Made by a program: the position numbers and the translations under genes
The notes under the pieces: generated by a model
What the model was told of the DNA's origin: nothing
What the model saw: the letters and a program-made list of their open reading frames with translations, nothing else
Databases searched by the model: none
Source of the DNA: Zymomonas mobilis subsp. mobilis ATCC 10988
Lineage (GTDB): Bacteria; Pseudomonadota; Alphaproteobacteria; Sphingomonadales; Sphingomonadaceae
Assembly: GCF_000175255.2 (NCBI RefSeq)
Contig: NC_017262.1
Location: 510,001-542,000 of the forward strand
Length of the DNA: 32,000 bases
Reading direction: 5' to 3'
Shown here: positions 1-6,525 of the stretch, piece after piece
Position numbering within the stretch: position 1 is the first letter of the stretch
Layout: each line of letters begins with the position of its first letter

Positions 1-493
1 CATTATGGATGTCGCGATGGGTCGCCGATATAATACGGGTATCAACATGGATAGGCTGCCGCCCACCCACGCGGGTAATAATATTATCCTCTAAAACCCG
101 AAGCAGTTTAACCTGCATATCGAAAGGCATGTCGCCAATTTCGTCAAGAAAAAGCGTACCGCCATCAGCCTCTTCAAATCGTCCACAAGTCTGGCCAACA
201 GCACCCGTAAAAGCGCCTTTTTCATGGCCAAACAACTCTGATTCCAACAAGTCGCGCGGAATTGCGCCACAATTAACAGGAATGAATCTTCCTTGTGAAC
301 GCGGGCTTGATGCGTGAATAGAAGATGCAACCATCTCTTTACCGCTCCCAGATGGGCCGGTAATCAATACTGATGCAGAGGTAGGGGCAACCTGCTGAAT
401 CAGATACCGTATTTCACGCATAGCGGGGCTTTCGCCGATAAGCGCTGTATTTTCTACGACAGAAGCACTCCTGAACGAAGAAATTGAAGCCAT
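1..493 (-). CDS. sigma54-dependent transcriptional activator (AAA+ domain), 5' part only; the gene continues past the window start
   Basis: Manual reverse-strand translation from ATG at 493-491 gives [56 protein letters not shown]...[13 protein letters not shown]...[12 protein letters not shown]...RIISATHRD. It shows Walker A (GPSGSGKE), the sigma54-contact loop GAFTGA and Walker B (LFLDEIG). The frame is open to position 1, so it is absent from the ORF track. The AAA+ core starts about 17 residues after the Met. Confidence 0.9.
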   Translation of the reverse strand, partial: MASISSFRSASVVENTALIGESPAMREIRYLIQQVAPTSASVLITGPSGSGKEMVASSIHASSPRSQGRFIPVNCGAIPRDLLESELFGHEKGAFTGAVGQTCGRFEEADGGTLFLDEIGDMPFDMQVKLLRVLEDNIITRVGGRQPIHVDTRIISATHRDIHN

Positions 494-1371
494 AATACGT
501 TAAAAATTAATACTTTTAAAAAATATAATATAGTTGTTCATTTCTCAAAGCCATACCCTAGTTTTATTAGCCTTTATTGTTTTTATCATTTATTTTTTAC
601 AAAAAAGGCCAAATATTATTTACAGCGCCCCACTGTAAAAAACATACATTGAAGACAATATCTATACTTAATTGTTTTGTTTTTAAATAAATACTTTAAT
701 CAGAAATATGGAAATATTGAATAAACAATTTCCAAAACATTTTACATTCGATATAATTATATTTTACTTTCATAAAGAATGTAAAACGCCATATTTAGAA
801 TGTTACTCATACCTCCCTTTTAAAAAGAACTGACCAGATCATCAGTTCCATAGGGCAATATGCAACTCGGCAAATAAATTTTGCTCTTTGACTTAATATT
901 ACAACCATTATGGATTATAGCAGGATGTAACGTACTGACAAGTATAGAAAAATTATATATATCTTTAATAGTTTAAAATAAAATTAAAAATTATATTTTA
1001 AAATCAATTTGCATTTTTTAAACATAAAGGAATGATTTTTTATAAAAAGAAATTTAAGTCCAAAGATCATCTCATTTCGACAATATAATAAAAATCAATT
1101 ATGATTTGATTTTGTTTTTAAGGAATATAAGACGGTATAAATGTTATCAATTTCTTTTTGAATAGATGATGCTTTTAAATATCTTGTTCATCTAACAAGT
1201 TAAATATCTGTTTATTATGTCGATATAGTTGTCCTAAATCCAAATTATTAAATTCTGGCTGGAAATGGAAAAATAATGGCAAATAAAGATAAATCTGCCG
1301 CCTCTTTTTCCTTGAAATCAATACAAGCATCTCATCTTACTGTGCTTCTGATTACGCTTTTGGCTTTGTGT

Positions 1372-2150
1372 CTAGGTTTTGTTGACAAAGGAAGGTAACC
1401 ACAATTTTACGGCCGCGAGATGAAGGAAGGCGAGAAAAGATTTTCTGGTTTTGTCATAGCGTGTGGCAATGCGCCTGAACTGCTTTAGCTTATTAAACAT
1501 CCGCTCAATACGATTACGATCTTTGTAGTGCTGGAGATTATAAGGAATAGGCTTTTTTCGATTGGAACGAGGCGGGATAACAGGAAGAATGCCTCGAAAA
1601 AGCAGTTTTTCGCGTAACCTATCGCTATCATATCCTTTATCAGCGAGAAAACAGTGGGGTGTTGTGACAGGGATATCTATCAAGCTATCAGCGCCAGAAT
1701 AATCAGAGACCTCACCACCGGTTAGTGCGAAAGCTAGAGGGCGGCCTTGACCATCGGAACGGGCGTGGATCTTGCTCGTAAAGCCTCCGCGACTGCGACC
1801 AAAGCCTTCCTTATACGTCCCCCTTTTGCGCCAGCCGCTTGGCTGTGGGCGCGAATAATCGTACTATCTATCATATGTTGCCAGTCATCTGTCAGGCCAA
1901 GGTCAACGAGAGTTTCAAGAAGAGCGTCCCACACACCCTGTTCTGCCCACCTACGAAACCGAACATAGATCGAATTCCATTTCCCATAACGTTCATGCAT
2001 ATCTCGCCACGGGCAGCCTGTTCGAAGCACATAAAGCATACCATTGAGAAATAACCGATTACTTTTGGCGGGACGCGCGCAGCGGCCTCGTTCGCTTGGA
2101 AGAAGACCCTGTATTATCTCCCACTCCGCGTCCGTCAGATCTCCTCGCAT
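1372..2150 (-). CDS. IS5-family DDE transposase, orfA-orfB joined by a programmed -1 frameshift
   Basis: orfA (2150..1734) starts MRGDLTDAEWEIIQGLLP... and contains ...IRAHSQAAGAKGG. The -1 frame is open from 1863 and reads ...KRGTYKEGFGRSRGGFTSKIHARSDGQGRPLAFALTGGEVSDYSGADSLIDIPVTT...DKGYDSD...NRIERMFNKLKQFRRIATRYDK. The likely slip site is A-AAA-GGG at 1827-1821. The fused product would be about 259 aa, which is typical for this IS group. Confidence 0.85.
1375..1391. repeat. IS left terminal inverted repeat
   Basis: GGTTTTGTTGACAAAGG is the reverse complement of 2207-2223 with one mismatch. It starts with GG, as is usual for IS5-family ends. Confidence 0.85.
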
Positions 2151-2206
2151 CCTATCTACCCTACAAAACTTGTTCTCAAGTTATCTCTAAAAATCTTAAA
2201 TTATAC

Positions 2207-2223
2207 CCTTTGTCAACAGAACC
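2207..2223. repeat. IS right terminal inverted repeat
   Basis: CCTTTGTCAACAGAACC has the reverse complement GGTTCTGTTGACAAAGG, which matches 1375-1391. Confidence 0.85.
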
Positions 2224-2228
2224 TAAGA

Positions 2229-3656
2229 ATGACGGCCATCTTTCCCATCGGCTATTATCATCCAGACGAAATTTTCCAGTATTTGGAACAGGCGCACCGC
2301 CTTACCTTCGGCTATTCGGTCATCCCTTGGGAATATCGCTACGGGATGCGAGGTGGCCTTGTCCCCGTTTTATTGGCAGCCGCTATGAAAATGGGAGATA
2401 TCATGAACACACAAAGTTTTTTATATTGGGTTTTACCCCATGCGATCACGGCTCTTTTATCATTGGGTGTTATCTGGAGCGCCTATAAATTAGGGCGATT
2501 ACATTCCTTCTTTACCGGCTGTCTTGCCATGTTTGTTGCCGCGACATGGTATGAAATCGTTCTTTTCGCTGCGCATCCGCTTAGTGAGTCACTCTCTTTC
2601 GCGGCTTTTATGCCCGCTGCCTATTATTTAATTGCAGAAGAAAAAAAGAAGAGCAGCCTGATACTCTCTGGATTTTTAATGGGATTATCAGCCTTATTAA
2701 GGTTCCAATATATCCCTTCTATTCTTTTCATTACGCTCTTTACATTAAGAATAAATGTTAGGCAGTGGGGTTATTTTATCCTTGGTGGATTAGGGGCTGT
2801 TTTTATTAGTTCGCTATCGGATATCTTTATAGGCGAATATCCTCTTTTATGGTTGTTTAAAAACATACAACAAAATTTGATCTTTCACCGTGCAGAGGAT
2901 TACGGCACCGCTCCGATATATAGCTATTTTTTTGATATTTGGACAAATTGGAAATGGCTTTCCTTGATCCTGCCTATTCCCATTTTAGTCGCAGCCTACC
3001 GCTATCCTGCTTTATTCGGAACAGCTTTAGTCAATCTTATTTTTCACATGCTTGTCTCCCATAAAGAATATCGCTTCATCTTTTTAAGCAGCGGTATTTT
3101 TATAATCCTCGCGGCTATTGGCAGTGCCATTCTGATAGAGAAAGCTACTGTCAACTTTACGCCTTTGCATAAAAAGTTAGCCCAGATAGCCGCTTTTACG
3201 ACATGGGGAGCTTGCTCTTTTCTCTGCTCTACGGGAAATATTTCTCACTGGTATCAATATCGTGGGGTCTTACAGGCTGAGATGAAAGCACGAAGCCTCT
3301 CTAATTTATGTGGCCTTACCTTATATCAGATCGATTATTGGGAAAGTGGCGGATATAGCCTGCTTCATCGTCCCATTCCCATTTACAGCCTGTTACCGTC
3401 CAACATGTATAGCACGCGCTATCCTGATCCTATTGCCTTATCACCATCGCTTTTTTCAGCTTCTAATGCCATTATCAGCGCCTCTTCTTCAGGTAAAAAT
3501 TTACCAAAAGAATATCGTCAGGTGAGCTGTTATCCACAGAAAAATGGCGAAAAGACTGAAGATATTTGTCTTTTCTTCCGGCCATCCTCTTGTTTTAAAA
3601 AAGAAACCGCTGATAATTTTGAAATTAACAAGGTTTTAAAGAATATCGACCAATAG
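2229..3656 (+). CDS. Alg9/PIG-B-like (GT22) polytopic membrane mannosyltransferase; 3' portion left after the IS insertion, lacking the original TM1
   Basis: 475 aa with many hydrophobic helices. The first-loop motif HPDEIFQYLEQAHRLTFGYSVIPWEYRYGMRG resembles the DE-x-[FW]Q-x-LE-x-AH...FGYG..TWE..G[LM]R signature of GPI10/PIG-B/ALG9-type GT-C enzymes. The family call rests on motif recall and has not been searched. Confidence 0.65.
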   Translation: MTAIFPIGYYHPDEIFQYLEQAHRLTFGYSVIPWEYRYGMRGGLVPVLLAAAMKMGDIMNTQSFLYWVLPHAITALLSLGVIWSAYKLGRLHSFFTGCLAMFVAATWYEIVLFAAHPLSESLSFAAFMPAAYYLIAEEKKKSSLILSGFLMGLSALLRFQYIPSILFITLFTLRINVRQWGYFILGGLGAVFISSLSDIFIGEYPLLWLFKNIQQNLIFHRAEDYGTAPIYSYFFDIWTNWKWLSLILPIPILVAAYRYPALFGTALVNLIFHMLVSHKEYRFIFLSSGIFIILAAIGSAILIEKATVNFTPLHKKLAQIAAFTTWGACSFLCSTGNISHWYQYRGVLQAEMKARSLSNLCGLTLYQIDYWESGGYSLLHRPIPIYSLLPSNMYSTRYPDPIALSPSLFSASNAIISASSSGKNLPKEYRQVSCYPQKNGEKTEDICLFFRPSSCFKKETADNFEINKVLKNIDQ

Positions 3657-3888
3657 AGTGATCTCAATATTAGCCTGTATTTTCTTTAATAAAGCCGATA
3701 GCAAATAAATTTTAATTTTATCGACAGAAAAATAGACACATCACGAAGGTGATAATCGCTCCGTTCGCACTCTTCATTTTAGAATAATGAACTAAAGACA
3801 ATAAAAATAATCATTTTATTGATGTGCAGGAGGTTAATCATTTCTGCCTTATGATAAATGGCAGATTCTTTTCATGCGTTGACATTAT

Positions 3889-3930
3889 TATCCGGTTATC
3901 GAAAAAGGCATGTCATTCGATAACCGGATA
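3889..3930 (-). terminator. perfect 15 bp hairpin just 3' of the porin gene; putative terminator between convergent genes
   Basis: TATCCGGTTATCGAA (3889-3903) pairs with TTCGATAACCGGATA (3916-3930) around a 12 nt loop, 13 nt after the porin stop. No clean U-tract follows on either strand. Confidence 0.5.
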
Positions 3931-3942
3931 GGCGTTATAGTA

Positions 3943-5823
3943 TTAGAATACCCAACCGCTCTTAAGGCCGAGCAAAATAATATTTTTAGAATTATAGTTG
4001 TAAGGCACAGGGCCACGAGCATAATAGCCGCCCGGATGGACAACATATTGAATATTCGGACGCAGGAAGACCGCCGGAGAAAGCTGAATATTATAGAACA
4101 GTTCTGAATAATATTCCTGATGGCGGTTCTGCGCTGACAAAGCCGGACTCTTCAAGAAGGCGTTACTCAACCAAGTCGTGCCTGAGCCGATACCAACCCA
4201 GTCATCAGGACGCTCTTTGGAAACGCCGAACAGAATGGCATAAGCAGAAACTTCAGCCGTTGATTTATTGGTGCGACCATCATTTTTCAAAGCACGGAAA
4301 GCAACCGTCAGCTGGCGATGGTTATCAAAGCGTAAAACTTGCTGTTCAGCTGTTACATAGGCACCATAACGTCCACGGACTTCAGGCCCCTGTGAAGAAT
4401 ATCCTGCTTTAGTCGCAACATCTTGATAATAACGCAAATTGTAAGACTTATCGTCAGTATACCAACCGTCAAATTTGAACAAACCTTCGAGGTTATTTTC
4501 TCTACCGAATTTCGGAGCCCATTTAACTTCACCGATATACAAACCGGCTTCAGGATGGAACGGGTTATCCATGTAGAAGTTTTCGTGGAGAACCTTACCT
4601 TGGATGTTTTTGCGATTAACGTCAAAAACACCGGCACCGATGGTGACTTCTTTTGACACCTGATAGGTCACGCGGCCTGCCCAGTTTGAAACTGGCCAGT
4701 TATACCAATAGTCACCCACAAGGTTACCGGCTTGGTTACCGCAGAAGCCCAAGCTCATGAAGGAACATCCGGTCATTGCCATACCGAATTCGTTGTTTTC
4801 GGTTAAACGACCAACCTTAATGTTAAACCGACCGATTTGCTGTTCATAAGAACCTTCGATCAAGCGCCAAATATTACCACGACCGTAAACTTCCTGCATT
4901 TCAGTCAAGGTCGTTGAATTGATAGCAGCTTCAATCTGACCACCACCACGCTTGGTCATCATAAAGTTGAATTTACCACCTTTGACGACGCCCAAACGTT
5001 CCATGTCAAAACTGGCCTGCACCAACCATTGATAAGCCGTTCTAAGAGCGTGACGATCACCACCCCGCGCGTTAAAGGCCGTTTCAACACCGCCCATAGA
5101 GGATTGGATATCAATACCCTTGTCACGCAACCATGGTTTAATCCCTAACCATGTGCCGAACATACCGCGGTCTTTCGGGTCGCGGGCTAACATTACGCTG
5201 TTATCGCCAACACCAATCCAGGCAAAAGCGTTGTGACGACCGCGCGTTGACTGAACGATACTGTCAACCAAACCTTTATTTTCAACATTCTCTTCGACAA
5301 CACCGCCCTTGCTGACAGGAAGGCGCGGATCCGTTTCCGGCTGTAACTCGCTGCTACCAACCGTCAAAGAAGCATAAGGAAATGGTGCAGGAGAAACATG
5401 CTGATGGGAAACTTCTGCCATTTGAGGCGCATCAACAGAACGACCACTCGCGTCATTATTGTCGTTATCTGACATTCGGACATCATTATCGGTAGCGTCT
5501 GCTGCTGGTATCTGCGATGCCGCCTGGCTTTCCCTGTTATTGACAGACTGGTAAGGCGTAACGGCAGAAGGTTGCGAAACAGTCTGTGATGTTTGTGCCT
5601 GTGGCTGATTAGCAACAGGTGAAGTATTAACCGTGTTATCGGTATCAGTTCGATCGTCTTGTTCGACTGATTGCTCGCTGGCGCTCTCTTTCTGTTTGTG
5701 ATGATTATTCACTTTGGCAAGCCAGTTGCCCAAAGGATCAGCCCAGGCTTCAGCAGAGGTTGTGGCAATGGACAAGGCCAAGACCCACTGCGCCACTTTC
5801 GCAATCTTAAAATTATTTTTCAT
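3943..5823 (-). CDS. oprB: carbohydrate-selective porin, OprB family, with a long N-terminal low-complexity extension
   Basis: Signal peptide MKNNFKIAKVAQWVLALSIATTSAEAWA. The beta-barrel-like C-terminal part contains RPNIQYVVHPGG and ends ...LGLKSGWVF with a terminal Phe. SD GGAGAGG lies 7 nt upstream of the ATG. Confidence 0.85.
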   Translation of the reverse strand: MKNNFKIAKVAQWVLALSIATTSAEAWADPLGNWLAKVNNHHKQKESASEQSVEQDDRTDTDNTVNTSPVANQPQAQTSQTVSQPSAVTPYQSVNNRESQAASQIPAADATDNDVRMSDNDNNDASGRSVDAPQMAEVSHQHVSPAPFPYASLTVGSSELQPETDPRLPVSKGGVVEENVENKGLVDSIVQSTRGRHNAFAWIGVGDNSVMLARDPKDRGMFGTWLGIKPWLRDKGIDIQSSMGGVETAFNARGGDRHALRTAYQWLVQASFDMERLGVVKGGKFNFMMTKRGGGQIEAAINSTTLTEMQEVYGRGNIWRLIEGSYEQQIGRFNIKVGRLTENNEFGMAMTGCSFMSLGFCGNQAGNLVGDYWYNWPVSNWAGRVTYQVSKEVTIGAGVFDVNRKNIQGKVLHENFYMDNPFHPEAGLYIGEVKWAPKFGRENNLEGLFKFDGWYTDDKSYNLRYYQDVATKAGYSSQGPEVRGRYGAYVTAEQQVLRFDNHRQLTVAFRALKNDGRTNKSTAEVSAYAILFGVSKERPDDWVGIGSGTTWLSNAFLKSPALSAQNRHQEYYSELFYNIQLSPAVFLRPNIQYVVHPGGYYARGPVPYNYNSKNIILLGLKSGWVF

Positions 5824-6525
5824 TTTATCCTCTCCGTAAGGATTTTTATATTTTTATATTTTTATTTTATAATATTATAATATATTTAAGAGACCTGTTC
5901 TAATGTGGTCTTTGATACAACAAAACCACTTTTACAGAATCATCTATGCCAGATTTTCAGTGTTCTTCTCTGGCCGAAAAACGGTCGTTTCACAAGCATA
6001 AGACACTAAAAATAGTCCGTTAGAAAAGGTTTGAAACAAGACGACTTTTACCCTCCATTCCCCTATACCAAAGCCCTGCTCTTTTAGCCATTGGAATTAA
6101 ATGGCTCTGTATCCGACTAAAAAGCATTTGTCAGCTATTTCTCTAGCTGTTTTATATAAGGCAATCTTGTTTAAAAATATTTAACGCCTTATCCTCTGCC
6201 ACCCAACCTTATTTTATAAAGATAACCGATAATAACCTTATTACATGGTATTTTTGCATCAAAAGGCGAATAACCGGATAAGCATTTTTAGAGGGTTATC
6301 GATTTTTATTAAAATACTCATCGGAGATAAAATTATTTTATAATAAAAAATAGATTTATCCGATTTTCAAAAACCATCCCGATGTTAAGTCTCTGTAAAT
6401 TGAATATTATTTATTCTGTTCTATAATAATACGCTCATGTATTTTTGTAATTTTTATTGCAAAAATGGCTCTTTGATTTAATAAAAAACAAGGCACAGCT
6501 CTTCATTTATGGATAATGCAGCCCC

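Larger units (their letters stand above)
1375..2223 (-). mobile_element. IS5-family insertion sequence (IS427/IS1301-like), 849 bp, flanked by a TA target-site duplication
   Basis: The terminal inverted repeats are GGTTTTGTTGACAAAGG (1375-1391) and CCTTTGTCAACAGAACC (2207-2223), matching at 16 of 17 positions. TA is found at 1373-1374 and 2224-2225. There are two overlapping transposase frames. The size, TA duplication and YTAG-like target (CTTAG on the minus strand) fit IS1301-type elements. Confidence 0.9.
1276..3656 (+). pseudogene. GT-C/GT22 (Alg9/PIG-B-like) mannosyltransferase gene interrupted by an IS element
   Basis: A 5' fragment (ATG 1276, MANKDKSAASFSLKSIQASHLTVLLITLLALCL) runs into the IS and stops inside it at 1396-1398. 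Removing 1375-2223 plus one TA copy joins codon CTA (1372-1374) to AGA-ATG (2226-2231). This is in frame with the 2229..3656 ORF and gives ...LALCL-R-MTAIFPIGYYHPDEIFQYLEQAH... Confidence 0.8.

Noticed and set aside
9-330. Track ORFs 9..317 (+) and 91..330 (-) at the window start
   Set aside because: Both lie inside the sigma54-activator coding region in other frames. The activator frame carries unmistakable Walker A, GAFTGA and Walker B motifs, so these are shadow ORFs.
708-833. 41-codon ORF (MEILNKQFPKHFTFDIIIFYFHKECKTPYLECYSYLPFKKN) in the AT-rich spacer, and a 17-codon minus-strand ORF preceded by GGGAGG at about 780-823
   Set aside because: The first has no usable Shine-Dalgarno sequence. 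In the second, the SD lies only 1 nt from the ATG. ORFs of this length are expected by chance over about 1.5 kb of two-strand sequence, and neither has a recognisable motif.
1091-1113. Inverted repeat AAAATCAA-N7-TTGATTTT upstream of the GT22 gene
   Set aside because: Its arms are pure A/T in a region that is nearly all A/T, so it cannot be distinguished from chance. It is mentioned only as a possible operator inside the AT-rich spacer finding.
494-1275. Search for a sigma54 promoter (TGGCAC-N5-TTGCA) near the activator gene, and also in 5824-6525
   Set aside because: Isolated TTGCA and GGCA strings occur (for example 1008-1012 and 854-866). None has the GG-N10-GC spacing.
2096-2488. Track ORF 2096..2488 (+) running from inside the IS across the right IR into the GT22 gene
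   Set aside because: It is out of frame with the conserved GT22 motif, has low-complexity content, and is an artefact of the insertion junction.
3530-3538. Perfect DnaA box TTATCCACA inside the 3' end of the GT22 gene
   Set aside because: It is a single 9-mer with no cluster and no AT-rich unwinding element beside it. One chance occurrence in 64 kb of two-strand sequence is not improbable.
3920-6280. An 11-mer ATAACCGGATA occurs at 3920-3930 and 6270-6280, with its complement at 3889-3899. Extra ATAACC/GGTTAT hexamers occur at 6222-6237 and 6295-6300. Together they flank oprB.
   Set aside because: Roughly 10^2 exact 11-mer repeat pairs are expected by chance in a 32 kb window (N^2/2 divided by 4^11). 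The repeat alone is therefore not significant, though it might merit a genome-wide motif search.
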